DNA of 63,866 nucleotides, the filler included. It is 8 parts of 8 records of this genome, joined end to end, with 100 filler letters (N's around TTAATTAATTAA, not from the genome) between each part and the next. Parts side by side here need not be neighbours in the genome. Positions count along the whole stretch, not along the records: positions 29,954 to 38,387 come from SRR2962707_4835; positions 38,488 to 44,319 come from SRR2962707_4836; positions 44,420 to 51,016 come from SRR2962707_4839; 5 more parts are not named here. One strand, written 5' to 3'. Both the position numbers and the translations under genes were made by a program. Shown here one piece after another: positions 34,781 through 44,613 of this stretch; positions within the stretch are counted from its first letter, which is position 1; each line of letters opens with the position of its first letter. Under the pieces are notes generated by a model. The model ran no database searches. It was not told the DNA's origin and worked only from the letters and a program-made list of their open reading frames with translations.

Positions 34781-34844
34781 GAAGCGCTCCTGGTGGGCGA
34801 TCGCCCTGCGCGCTCAACTTGTCGAATGGGCGTTAAGAAAGCTC

Positions 34845-34882
34845 AAAAAAGAAAACGGGGAGAGTGCAAGCACCCTCCCCGT
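34845..34882 (-). terminator. Intrinsic terminator after the pilin gene
   Basis: Minus strand ACGGGGAGGGTGC-TT-GCACTCTCCCCGT followed by TTTCTTTTTT. Confidence 0.85.
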
Positions 34883-34928
34883 CCGAATATTGGTAGCTGA
34901 CTTACCCGTCAGCGGTCATCGCGACCGC

Positions 34929-35102
34929 TTATGGCAGGTTGTTGCCGAGCTCGTTGGAGATACCGTTGAACAGGTTGCCAAGGCTGCCGCCGAGAGCGGT
35001 AGCGGCAACGATGATGCCAACAGAAATCAGAGCGGCGATAAGGCCGTATTCAATTGCGGTCGCGCCGGACTCGTCCTGCGCGAAACGTGCGAAGAGGTTC
35101 AT
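34929..35102 (-). CDS. pilA: Flp/PilA type IVc pilin, 57 aa (below ORF-track cutoff)
   Basis: MNLFARFAQDESG|ATAIEYGLIAALISVGII... Flp motif; GGAG RBS. Confidence 0.95.
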   Translation of the reverse strand: MNLFARFAQDESGATAIEYGLIAALISVGIIVAATALGGSLGNLFNGISNELGNNLP

Positions 35103-35189
35103 TCCCAGACTCCATTTATTACGTCATCAAGAGACGCCATCGTTCGACACGTCACACATCGAACATTGGGCGAAGCTAGGCCGCAGTCC

Positions 35190-35265
35190 TTGAAAATAGG
35201 TTAACCCGGGCCAGCAATCCCGACATATCGCCATGCAAACAGCTTATGGTTACCAGATATTTAAC
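35190..35265. promoter_or_regulatory. Two CtrA-like boxes in the pilin promoter
   Basis: TTGA-N7-TTAAC at 35190-35205 and TTAC-N7-TTAAC at 35250-35265. Confidence 0.68.
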
Positions 35266-35491
35266 GGTTTATATTGTATTGCAACAATACAATCACGCAT
35301 ATCTTCTGCTGTATATTTGAACACACCCTTCCTTTTCACAATTTGCTCCAAACGCTGCTTGATAAGATGATGTCAGCCTCTGTCGCGGCTGGAGTTTATG
35401 CTGGCGTATGACGCTCCAGCGTTGTTTGCCAATTATTCACCATTCGGGGGGAAAATGGCCCCATTGAGTATCAGTACTGCCGGAAGAAGCC

Positions 35492-35947
35492 ATGCGCCCC
35501 CATCTTGCTGCCGTCGTCGCCCTCTGCATGACATTGGGAACTGCTCTGAGCACGGCGCCTGCGCTGGCGGTAGATGGGGCAGCCATCAATGTAAACGTGA
35601 ACATGGCACGCATTCTGCGTATAAATGCTTCAGCAGCAACTGTGATCGTCGGCAATCCCGGCATTGCTGACGTCACGATCCAGGACCCCCAGACACTGAT
35701 CCTGACCGGCAAGAGCTATGGCCAGACCAATCTGATCGTGCTGGACAGCGTCGGTAACCCAATTGCCGACACTATGATCGAAGTGGTGCAGATGCAGGCG
35801 GGGGTGACCACGGTTTACCAGGGTCTGGCACGCACCAGCCTCGCATGTGCGCCGGTGTGTCAGAACATCATCATGATGGGCGACGACCCGGGGTTCTCAG
35901 GCCAGGCGGTAGCTTCGTCTAGCCTGGTTGAAGCCATGGGCAACTGA
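35492..35947 (+). CDS. Small secreted pilus assembly protein (secretin N-terminal-like domain)
   Basis: Signal peptide, VIVGNPGIADV, GKSYGQTNLIVLD, C-terminal CAPVC. Confidence 0.85.
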   Translation: MRPHLAAVVALCMTLGTALSTAPALAVDGAAINVNVNMARILRINASAATVIVGNPGIADVTIQDPQTLILTGKSYGQTNLIVLDSVGNPIADTMIEVVQMQAGVTTVYQGLARTSLACAPVCQNIIMMGDDPGFSGQAVASSSLVEAMGN

Positions 35948-35957
35948 TCTGGGCGCT

Positions 35958-35973
35958 TTAACCGGACATTAAC
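35958..35973 (+). promoter_or_regulatory. Perfect CtrA box upstream of the tadE-like genes
   Basis: TTAA-CCGGACA-TTAAC; degenerate copy CTAA-N7-TTAG at 36009-36023. Confidence 0.78.
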
Positions 35974-36066
35974 CGCATACGCAGTTGTCAGCCCTTTCCG
36001 CCCCACTCCTAACCTTCAGTTAGCCATGCACCGCTAGCGTTGCCCTCTAGCAAGAAGGCACGGCTA

Positions 36067-36636
36067 ATGGCCACTCTATTGGGAAGATTGATCAGACGGG
36101 TTTGCCGTCGCAAGGCAGGCGCTGCATTGCTGCGCAATGAGCGCGGCACCACCGCAGTGGAATTCGCGCTGCTCGGCCTGCCCTTCTTCATGATCATCGG
36201 TGCTATTCTGGAGACCTCGGTGGTGTTCCTGTCTGGCCAGGTGCTGGAAAGCGCCGTTCAGGACACCAGCCGGCTCATTCGCACGGGCCAGTCCCAAGGC
36301 ACCATCACCACAGCCGCTGAATTCAAGACCAAGGTCTGCGATCGCCTGTTTGGGCTATATGGCGATTGCAGTGGTCTCCATGTCGAAGTCTCGACCATCA
36401 ACGATTTTGCCTCGGCGGCAATTTCACCGCCCGTGGACTGGACCTGCGAAGTCGATTGCACCTGGAGCCGGCCCGAGACCTATGTGGCGGGCAAAGGATC
36501 GAGCATCGTTGTGGTGCAGGTTTATTACAAATGGCCCATCCTTTTGTCACTGGGCGAGATGAGCCTGGCCAATCTGCCCGGGCAGAAACGCCTGCTGGCG
36601 ACATCCACCGTGTTCCGCAGCGAGCCGTACAGCTAA
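36067..36636 (+). CDS. TadE-like minor pilin
   Basis: ERG|TTAVEFALLGLPF prepilin motif, SRLIRTGQ, FRSEPY. Confidence 0.9.
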   Translation: MATLLGRLIRRVCRRKAGAALLRNERGTTAVEFALLGLPFFMIIGAILETSVVFLSGQVLESAVQDTSRLIRTGQSQGTITTAAEFKTKVCDRLFGLYGDCSGLHVEVSTINDFASAAISPPVDWTCEVDCTWSRPETYVAGKGSSIVVVQVYYKWPILLSLGEMSLANLPGQKRLLATSTVFRSEPYS

Positions 36637-37208
36637 TGGGTGTTCGCTCAAAACTGCTGCAGCGCCTCCGCCGATTCAAGCACGCCGAAGCCGGTGTTGC
36701 TGCGGTTGAGTTCGCCATGATCCTGCCCATCATGCTGATGCTCTATATTGGCATGGTCGAGGGCAGCACCCTGATTTCTATGGACCGCAAGGTGCAGACT
36801 GTATCGGGCGCAGTGGGCGATCTGGTGGCCCGTATTGATGGCAATATCAGCGCGAGCATGCTCAACGACTACGTCAAGATCGCCAGCGGAATCATGACAC
36901 CCTACCCGGTCGACAATCTGGAGCAGATCGTCTCACAGGTATACGTCAACAATAGCGGCCAGGTCACCGTGGATTGGTCAAAGCGCTATCTCGGCCAGAC
37001 CCCCAAGGCGTCTGGTGCGCATGCATCTGGATCCAGCATTCCCTTGCCTCCCGAAATCCTCGCAATCGCCAAGGGGCAGTATGTGATCGTGACCGAGGCG
37101 GCATTGTCCTACTCGCCACTGTACGGCATCGTCTTTGACACAGCGGTCAATCTGTCACGAGAGAACTTCTTCATGCCGCGGTTTCGTGAACGGATCGTGC
37201 TGAACTAG
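36636..37208 (+). CDS. TadE/TadF-like minor pilin
   Basis: EAG|VAAVEFAMILP motif; ATG overlaps previous TAA. Confidence 0.9.
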   Translation: MGVRSKLLQRLRRFKHAEAGVAAVEFAMILPIMLMLYIGMVEGSTLISMDRKVQTVSGAVGDLVARIDGNISASMLNDYVKIASGIMTPYPVDNLEQIVSQVYVNNSGQVTVDWSKRYLGQTPKASGAHASGSSIPLPPEILAIAKGQYVIVTEAALSYSPLYGIVFDTAVNLSRENFFMPRFRERIVLN

Positions 37209-37275
37209 TGCACTTGCACCGTCCCTGAGTGCGTGTCACAAGCCGGGCAAGATCCCTCCCTCCGGCAGATTCAGC

Positions 37276-37896
37276 ATGACCGATACGCTCGTTCCCGTAT
37301 TTGACCTTGGCGGCGTTTTCGTCGACTGGAACCCGATGTACCTATTCCGCAAGCTCTTCGAGACTGAAGAGGATGCATTATGGTTCCAACAGAATGTCTG
37401 CACGCTGGACTGGAATCTGGAATTCGATGCCGGCGAGATCTACTCTGAAGGCGTGGCCAAACTGATCACGCGCTTTCCCAAATATTGGCGCGAAATCCAA
37501 GCCTATGACCTGCGCTGGAAAGAAACCCTGGGCGGCTTTATCCAGGGCACGATCGACATTCACGATGAACTGGTCGAGCAGGAAATCCCGACCTTTGCGA
37601 TTACAAATTTTTCGTGGGAGAAATGGGTGAGCTGCCTGCCTGATTGGCCGTTCCTCGAGAAATTCGATGGGGTGATCGTCTCGGGTCTGGAGGGCCTGGT
37701 CAAGCCGGACCCGCGGCTCTACCGCGTGTTCAGCGAGCGCTATGGCATTGCCGCAGAGAATTGCGTATTCATCGATGACAGCGAACCCAATATCATCTCG
37801 GCCCGCAAGTTCGGCATGCATGGTATCCACTTCAAGGACCCGATCATGCTGCGCAAGGAACTGATCGCTTTAGGCCTGCCGCTCAAGTCGAAATAG
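37276..37896 (+). CDS. HAD-superfamily phosphatase
   Basis: FDLGGV, TNF, KPDP, FIDDS. Confidence 0.92.
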   Translation: MTDTLVPVFDLGGVFVDWNPMYLFRKLFETEEDALWFQQNVCTLDWNLEFDAGEIYSEGVAKLITRFPKYWREIQAYDLRWKETLGGFIQGTIDIHDELVEQEIPTFAITNFSWEKWVSCLPDWPFLEKFDGVIVSGLEGLVKPDPRLYRVFSERYGIAAENCVFIDDSEPNIISARKFGMHGIHFKDPIMLRKELIALGLPLKSK

Positions 37897-37905
37897 CGAA
37901 AACGA

Positions 37906-37931
37906 AAAACCCCGGAGCGATCCGGGGTTTT
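37906..37931. terminator. Bidirectional intrinsic terminator
   Basis: AAAACCCCGGA-GCGA-TCCGGGGTTTT between convergent genes. Confidence 0.88.
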
Positions 37932-37943
37932 GTATTTATGGTT

Positions 37944-38342
37944 CTATCCGAAGCGGCCACCCTTCTGGATGACCTCGACCTGATAGCCATCGGGGTCGGC
38001 AATGAAGAAGAAACGCCCCACCAGTTCTTCGCCGTTCTTGAAATCGACCAGCTTGCGCGGGCTGAGACCCGCGGCGACCAGCCGCTCATGCTCGGCATCA
38101 AGGTCATCGACCACGACAGCGAGATGGCCATAGCCATCGCCCAGATCATAGGGCTCGGTGCGGCCGATATTGACCGTCAGCTCTAGCTCAAAACCGCCCG
38201 TTTCCGGGTCGTTGAGATAGATCAGGGTGAACTCGGGAAAAGCAACGCGATCCACGACCTGCAGGCCAAAGGCACGGTGATAAAACTCGACCGACCGCGC
38301 CTCGTCGAGGACGCGGATCATCGAATGGACAAGCTTGGCCAT
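37944..38342 (-). CDS. VOC-family protein (glyoxalase I-like)
   Basis: HSMIRV, ELELT, GYGHLAV, DPDGYQVEV. Confidence 0.9.
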   Translation of the reverse strand: MAKLVHSMIRVLDEARSVEFYHRAFGLQVVDRVAFPEFTLIYLNDPETGGFELELTVNIGRTEPYDLGDGYGHLAVVVDDLDAEHERLVAAGLSPRKLVDFKNGEELVGRFFFIADPDGYQVEVIQKGGRFG

Positions 38343-38387
38343 GGCGAGGGATCCTATTTGGTGCCGTACATGCGGTCGCCGGCATCG

Positions 38388-38487
38388 NNNNNNNNNNNNN
38401 NNNNNNNNNNNNNNNNNNNNNNNNNNNNNNNTTAATTAATTAANNNNNNNNNNNNNNNNNNNNNNNNNNNNNNNNNNNNNNNNNNNN
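38388..38487. other. Artificial contig linker
   Basis: N-run + TTAATTAATTAA + N-run. Confidence 0.99.
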
Positions 38488-38513
38488 TTCTTCTTCTTCT
38501 TCTTCTTCTTCTT
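38488..38513. repeat. (TTC)n microsatellite upstream of the nitrile hydratase gene
   Basis: Directly visible. Confidence 0.95.
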
Positions 38514-38643
38514 TGTGGCGTGAGCGTCCGTGAGTGCTGCAGAGTGCTTGCCTTTGTTTTTGCTTTCATTCCCCCCCCTGCTGTCGAAGGAACCCCGCAT
38601 CTATCATCGCTTTGGATAAAGCGTAAACGCCAGGTGTCTTCGG

Positions 38644-40571
38644 ATGTTGGGTCGCTTCGCTTCGAGACTTGTGGTCAGTGTTGCCAAGGCCAATCTCACT
38701 CAGCGGCGGGCTCTGCTCAATCCTCTGCAAAGCTTGACCGCGCGCTCCCTGTCTGCACTCGACACCTGTGCAGGCGACAGAGGAGGAGGAGGAGGAGGTC
38801 GGCAGACGGACAGCTCGGTGCAAGTTGCTTCCGTGTTGGCTCACGGTCTCGGAGGCGTCCATGACGTGGGTGGCGTGGAGGAATTGTTCCTGCCTCTCGA
38901 CCTGACAGAACGCGAGTATGCGCTGTGGGAGCGAAAGTCGCACGCCTTGCTGGTGCTCCTCGTCTCGCGAAAGCTCATGACAACGGATGAGTTGCGTCGC
39001 GGCGTGGAAGCTCTCCCTGCAGCGACGTACGCGAGCTGGTCGTACTACGCGAAATGGGGCGCCTCCATGGCTTCGATATTGTTAGAACGTGGTCTCATCT
39101 CGCCCGAGGCTCTTGATGCAAATCTAGGTGAAAGGTCTGGCCCCGTTGCGTCCGCGGACGCCTCGAAGCTTCGAGGTGGAGGAGCAGAGGGTGGCCCGTG
39201 TTTCCGCAGGGGCGATGTGGTTCGAGTGAGGTGCGAAGACAACGCGTCTCGGTGGCGCAAGCCACACTTGCGGACGCCAGGGTACATCTTTGACCGCGTA
39301 GGGGTTGTTGAACGTTTTTGTGGCGAATTCGGCGACCCACAGTTTCTCGCGTTTCGTGGTGATGGGGGGAAGATGCCTTTGTATCGAGTTCGATTCCTTC
39401 AAGATGAAGTTTGGAGAGGGACTGGGCTAGACGATACGGATGGTGGTGTTGACGATGGAAGCCTGCGTGATACTGTTGACGTGGAAGTGTACGAAAGCTG
39501 GCTCAACGGACCACTGCCGGCAAGTGAGCTAGGGCAAGGCAATGCCTTAGATATTCAGCGCTTGCTGGGAATATCTCCAATTGAACCACCCTCCGAAATT
39601 CAACATGATGATCATCATGAGCATGAACACAGCCATGATCACAGTGACAGAGCGGATCATGGTCACAGTCATGGACATGGTCACAGCCACGGGCATGGAG
39701 ACCACGATCATTCGCACTTGCCACGTCCGATTGTGGAGCAAAATGCAGTGGTGAAGGAAGGTCCTGAAGACCCTGGGCAGCGAGTCGTCGAGGCGCTTGC
39801 AAAAACATTGCTGGAAGCGGGGACTTTCTCTGCAGCAGATCTCCACGAGGTCATCAACAGTGTTGACGAGCTTGGAAGTACCGCTGCAGGTCCACGTATC
39901 GTTGCAAAGGCCTGGGTTGATCCAGATTTTCGTGAATTGCTGCTCTCGGATGCACCGGTACGATTTGGAGTTCACAAACAAGCCTCTGGACCAAAGTCCC
40001 ACCTGCCTCCCCATTGTCCAGCAGCCAATGTGTCAACGATGTTGTTGTGACGAATGCGCTGAAACAGTCGGTCTCTGTGTCTGTGATGCTTAGGCTGCCT
40101 GTGCTCAATTGGGGGTTTCCTCGTCCAACACAACCACATCAACCAAGCTGACAGTCGTCGAAAACACGTCGTCCGTCCATAACGTGGTGGTTTGCACACT
40201 GTGCTCGTGCTACCCGCTCAGCATTCTTGGATTATCACCACCTTGGCAAGTGCATTGGCAGCACCTGTGAAAAGCGCAGCTTAAAGCCACGCAATATTGG
40301 TGCTGAGCCCGAATTGCCATTGTTGTCTAGGTACAAAGACCGCCGATACCGAGCACGCATTGTGCGCGAGCCGCGGCGTGTGCTCGAGGAGGAATTTGGC
40401 ACACGCATTGGACCAAGCGTTGCTGTTCGTGTGCACGACTCGACCGCGGACCTGCGGTACTTTGTGCTTCCTGCGCGGCCGAAGAACACCGATGGATGGA
40501 CGGAAGAACAGCTTCAGGCACTTGTCACCCGCGATTCGTTGATCGGTGTGTCACTTGCAAAAGAACCTTGA
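38644..40571 (+). CDS. Fused beta-alpha cobalt-type nitrile hydratase with His-rich linker, 3 exons
   Basis: Beta: [37 protein letters not shown]. Linker with 17 His. Alpha: [28 protein letters not shown] (40193-40213), [36 protein letters not shown]. Introns 39958-40093 (GT-AG) and 40246-40330 (GC-AG). Confidence 0.95.
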
Positions 40572-40723
40572 CACCAATGAACAGACGGTGAAGATAGCCA
40601 TCGAATGTAATCGTACGTGGTTCGGACGGACATTTTATAATTCTTACAGGGGCAGTTCGACCTGACAAAATGGTTGAAAAGAAAATTGAACGAGGCCATG
40701 CCGTAAGGATCGTTTTGCACAGT

Positions 40724-43700
40724 TCAAAGTTTTGGGAGGCTGCTCTTCCCTGGTGGCGGTGGTGGCGGCTTTTTCCTTCGCCCACGACGCTTTGCCGAAG
40801 GGGAGCCTGGGGAACCAGCGATAGGCTGGAGCGAGCCATCCCCGACCGAACCATTCTTGCGATGGCCAGGTTTCGTGCCTCCGATGGCACTTGCGGAACT
40901 TCGTTCTAATTCTAAGCTCTTGCTGTGCCGCACCGTTGGAGGCGAGGCGTCATTGTCTTCTGCCACGATGCGGGGTTTCGCTCGAGCGCCACCGCCAGGA
41001 TGCGGAGGCGGCCCCGGTGGCGGTTTAAAGCCGGGTGGTGGCGCTTTCGGACGCAGTGCTTTCAGGTTGCCAGGCAGAGAGCCGCCTGCAGCAGTACCAA
41101 CGGCGCTTCCGGTGGCACCGGCAGTTGCAGTGACATCGTCTGACCGTGGGCTCGTCGTTCCTGTCTTTCGACGGGCATTCTTTTGGCGACGCAGTTGCAA
41201 CTTTTTCAACAAGTTGAGCCGATGTCGGCTGCGCTCCTTGGCAAGGCCCTCGTCAAGTGCCTTCAGGTTGTCCTTGAAATTGGAGATGATCTTCTCTTTT
41301 TCCTTCATCGCTACATGCTGTTTCATCTCCAATTTGAGTCCTTCCTTTGCCGCAGCCTCTTTGGCCGCCTCTTTTTGCCGCTGTGCCGTCTGAAACTTCT
41401 CTTCGAGCTGCTGGAGGCGCTTTTTCATCTCCTCTTCCGTAGCTTTCATGGCTTGGATCTGCTCCTCTTTCTCTTTCACAGCTGCGGCTTCACGTGCTTG
41501 CATATCAAGCTCTTGTTGAGATTTTTGCTGCTCGAGCATGGACGCCTGCAGCGCGCGCTGCTGCTCGAGCATGGACGCTTGCTGTGCCGCCATTTGGGCC
41601 TTGACTTCGTCCATTGCAGACTTCGTGCCCTCCAATACTTCGTCGTACTTGGCTTCCATGTCCACGGCAGATGCACGGTGCTGCAGCTCTTTGGTGTGCA
41701 AATCTGAGGTCACATTGTTGAGGTTGTTGAGGTTGTTCCGCACCTGCGATACTTCGTTCCATGCTTGGCGGTCGCCCTCGTCGAGCTCAGTCCCACCTTC
41801 GCTATCAGCCCAATCACCGTGATTCGTGGAATTTCCGCCTCCGTTCGCAGCGAGCTTTTCTTGAATCTCGCGCTCGTGTTCCTCCCAAACGTCCTTGCTG
41901 GCCCATTCTGATTCCCCGGTGACAGTGTTGACGAAGAAGGGGTAGCCTGTTTCCTCGTCGATGCACTCCACCCACTCCGAACCGTGATGCCCGTGGCTGG
42001 CGGAGGACTTCGCTTCCTCGCTCCCGTCTCCTATTTGATCCGAAGATGCTGCTGAGTTCAACCGTCCCCTTGCGTTTTCAACATTGAGCAGCAGCAACTG
42101 AGACTCCGTATCCCGCACTTGTGCGGCGTAGTCTGCCGGTAGTGAACCGTAGTTGTCAGTCACGTTCGTGTCCGCTCCATACCCCATCAGCATGGCCACA
42201 AGTGCTGAGTTGCCGGTGGATGCAGCGTAGTGAAGCGAAGTACAGCCATCGTTGTCCACAGAGTCTGGATTGGCGTGGGCATCGAGCAGCATTTTCGTCA
42301 ACTGCTCAGCGTAACTCTTAGAGCGAACTGCGCAGAACAGCGCCGTACATCCATTGGTGCCGACAGCCTGCACATCAGCTCCCTGCGCAAGCAGGACCTC
42401 AACGACTGACTTGGCGCACTGGATGCACGCACTCATCAGGAGCGGCTCCGTTAGCAGGGGTGACGACATCACAGCGCTTGAAAGCTGCTGGGATAGTGGA
42501 GCAGCTTGGTTATGCTGTTTCCGCGACAAATAGACCTCGATCAGGACGGTGAGCCGGCGGCGAAGGAAGGAGATGAGTCTTGGCTCATTCAGATGCTCCG
42601 CGTAACGTGCACAGTAATCGTCGGCCAATGCACCCCCTTTTGTGTGATTGTACAGGGTGTAGAGTGTGCAGATGTTCATCAGCAGCACCAAGAATTGCAG
42701 ATTCATTTCCAATAGCTCAGAGGCAGTGAACGGCTCGGGTGTCTCCACGAAGAGTACATGACTGTCCTCTGATTTGAAGCCTGAAGCTGGGGAGGACGAA
42801 TCTGTGAGCTCGCCAAAATCAGGGGTCCATGGGTTTTCGATCGCCGCTATGAAACTCTGATCCATGCAGAACTGAAAGGCCTTCTGTGCAGTGTTCTGCG
42901 CTTTTTCCCACTCGCACATCGCCATGTACAGGGTGAGGCTGCTATTGAGAGCGGTCAAGTACGCGGAACGAAGATTGCTATAGGACTTGCAGATAGTGGT
43001 GTGCCCTTCCACGAGCTTGACTGCTTCCTTCCCACGGTTGTCCGCATACAGCATGTGTGCCACTACTTCGACGTGGGCAGCGCGTGCCACCCAGCGCTTG
43101 GCCACAGTCTTGACGTTGTCGAACTTCTGCTTCGACACGAAGTCGTGGACCACTTTGCGGGCTTTCTTGCATCGCTTCAACAAGGACTCGGAGGACTCTG
43201 ACGCTGGGGCCAGTCCGCAGAGAATGCAGCTGCGGGCGTCGTGGGCGTTGACTGAGTTGCAATACAAGCATTTCCATTTTTCTGCGTGCTGGTTACTGCC
43301 CTGTGCATTGGCAGCATTGGGTGGCTGAGCCATGATCGCGTCTAAAAAGCGCTCGCTGGGACGTCTCAACAGCTTGGTTGTTTTGAGCTTTCGCAGCTTG
43401 CGGCTTTTGTGCTTCTTTTTGTCGCTGCGATGTTTTCCGTGCTTCCGGCTCCGGGCGCCTCGTCCATCACCATCATCGCCTCCAGCGCCTGCTTGCTCCT
43501 GTTCTTCACCGAGCGCTTCTTCCTCCATCTCCTGGTTTCGCTCGGCCATGTACTTGCCAAACTCCTCCACGTACGCAACCAGCAGCATCAAGTTCTTTGT
43601 TTGCGCGGTGATGTACAGTTGCCTCTCCAAGTCCTCATCCGCGAGCACCTCGTTGGACAACGCCAGAAACTCGGTAAACACTGCCGCGCCCTGAGGGCTG

Positions 43701-44005
43701 TAGTGCTCCACAGTCCCGTTGATCTGGTCACGGCAGAAGTCCTTGAACTTGTTCCAGATCTCTGTTTGTCCTTCAGAGAAAGTCTGCTGCTCCGGGTCGT
43801 CAAACACCGCGCAGTTGGAGTTCACGAACATGGCGAACACGGTCTTCCACTCATCCCCCTGCATGTACGCGTTGAGGTCCTTGAGCAGAATTTCTTTTTG
43901 CTGGATCGTCCAGGTGGAGGTGTCGAAATCGTCCTCGTGGCCTTCCTCCACCCAGTCCTCGGCATTCCATGGGTCGTCCTCGTGCGAGCCCCAGTCCACC
44001 GACAT
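40724..44005 (-). CDS. Intronless multidomain protein: BART-like, RanBP2-type Zn finger, helical region, ankyrin repeats, WW, coiled coil, Pro-rich tail
   Basis: 3.28-kb open frame from ATG 44005; W..FVNSNCAVFD..IWNKF, WKCLYCNSVN..SCILCG, GCTALFCA/GCTSLHYAA, EWVECIDEETGYPFFVNTVTGESEW. Confidence 0.8.
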   Translation of the reverse strand: MSVDWGSHEDDPWNAEDWVEEGHEDDFDTSTWTIQQKEILLKDLNAYMQGDEWKTVFAMFVNSNCAVFDDPEQQTFSEGQTEIWNKFKDFCRDQINGTVEHYSPQGAAVFTEFLALSNEVLADEDLERQLYITAQTKNLMLLVAYVEEFGKYMAERNQEMEEEALGEEQEQAGAGGDDGDGRGARSRKHGKHRSDKKKHKSRKLRKLKTTKLLRRPSERFLDAIMAQPPNAANAQGSNQHAEKWKCLYCNSVNAHDARSCILCGLAPASESSESLLKRCKKARKVVHDFVSKQKFDNVKTVAKRWVARAAHVEVVAHMLYADNRGKEAVKLVEGHTTICKSYSNLRSAYLTALNSSLTLYMAMCEWEKAQNTAQKAFQFCMDQSFIAAIENPWTPDFGELTDSSSPASGFKSEDSHVLFVETPEPFTASELLEMNLQFLVLLMNICTLYTLYNHTKGGALADDYCARYAEHLNEPRLISFLRRRLTVLIEVYLSRKQHNQAAPLSQQLSSAVMSSPLLTEPLLMSACIQCAKSVVEVLLAQGADVQAVGTNGCTALFCAVRSKSYAEQLTKMLLDAHANPDSVDNDGCTSLHYAASTGNSALVAMLMGYGADTNVTDNYGSLPADYAAQVRDTESQLLLLNVENARGRLNSAASSDQIGDGSEEAKSSASHGHHGSEWVECIDEETGYPFFVNTVTGESEWASKDVWEEHEREIQEKLAANGGGNSTNHGDWADSEGGTELDEGDRQAWNEVSQVRNNLNNLNNVTSDLHTKELQHRASAVDMEAKYDEVLEGTKSAMDEVKAQMAAQQASMLEQQRALQASMLEQQKSQQELDMQAREAAAVKEKEEQIQAMKATEEEMKKRLQQLEEKFQTAQRQKEAAKEAAAKEGLKLEMKQHVAMKEKEKIISNFKDNLKALDEGLAKERSRHRLNLLKKLQLRRQKNARRKTGTTSPRSDDVTATAGATGSAVGTAAGGSLPGNLKALRPKAPPPGFKPPPGPPPHPGGGARAKPRIVAEDNDASPPTVRHSKSLELERSSASAIGGTKPGHRKNGSVGDGSLQPIAGSPGSPSAKRRGRRKKPPPPPPGKSSLPKL

Positions 44006-44274
44006 GCTTGCGGCGGCTGCTGCTGCTGTGGCTGTGGCTGCAGCTGCAGCTACACGTGCAGCAGGCAGCGCCAATGAAGGCAACAGAAGCTTTCAGCAGC
44101 CTATGTCACCATCCCCATCACAACGGAGCGTCGTCGCCGAAAGAACGCCTCTTCCCTCGGTGACACGCACTACGCAAGCAGCACAAAAAAACGGAAAGAA
44201 AGACCGAAAGAAAGTGGAGAAACAACGGACACCTTGAGCAAGGGTTTCCCAAGTTTTTTCCCCTTCGTTTTTTT

Positions 44275-44319
44275 TCCCTCCCCTTCCCTCCCCTTCCCCC
44301 TTCCCCCTTCCCCCTTCCC
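44275..44319. repeat. (CCCCTT)n-like polypyrimidine repeat at contig end
   Basis: Directly visible; G-runs on the minus strand. Confidence 0.9.
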
Positions 44320-44419
44320 NNNNNNNNNNNNNNNNNNNNNNNNNNNNNNNNNNNNNNNNNNNNTTAATTAATTAANNNNNNNNNNNNNNNNNNNNNNNNN
44401 NNNNNNNNNNNNNNNNNNN
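44320..44419. other. Artificial contig linker
   Basis: N-run + TTAATTAATTAA + N-run. Confidence 0.99.
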
Positions 44420-44613
44420 GGGGGGAGAGGTTAGGTAGTGATCTGGTAGATCGTGTTCGTTTGTTTGGTTTCGGTGTTTTTTTGGGTTCTGTTTGCGATT
44501 GAAGTTGGATGGAGTGGGCAGGGGACAGGGACGTTGGCTCGCTGGGTATTTATTTTTGTCGCAGGTCCGTCGGAGTGAAGTAAGTCAAGTATCAACTCGT
44601 CGCCGTGCACATA

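Noticed and set aside
38644-40571. Bacterial NHase operon of separate beta and alpha genes (contamination)
   Set aside because: Beta and alpha share one frame, the alpha region has two spliceosomal introns and the neighbour gene is eukaryotic
44275-44319. Telomere
   Set aside because: Irregular unit, C-rich strand faces the contig 3' end (wrong polarity), and other contigs also end in simple repeats
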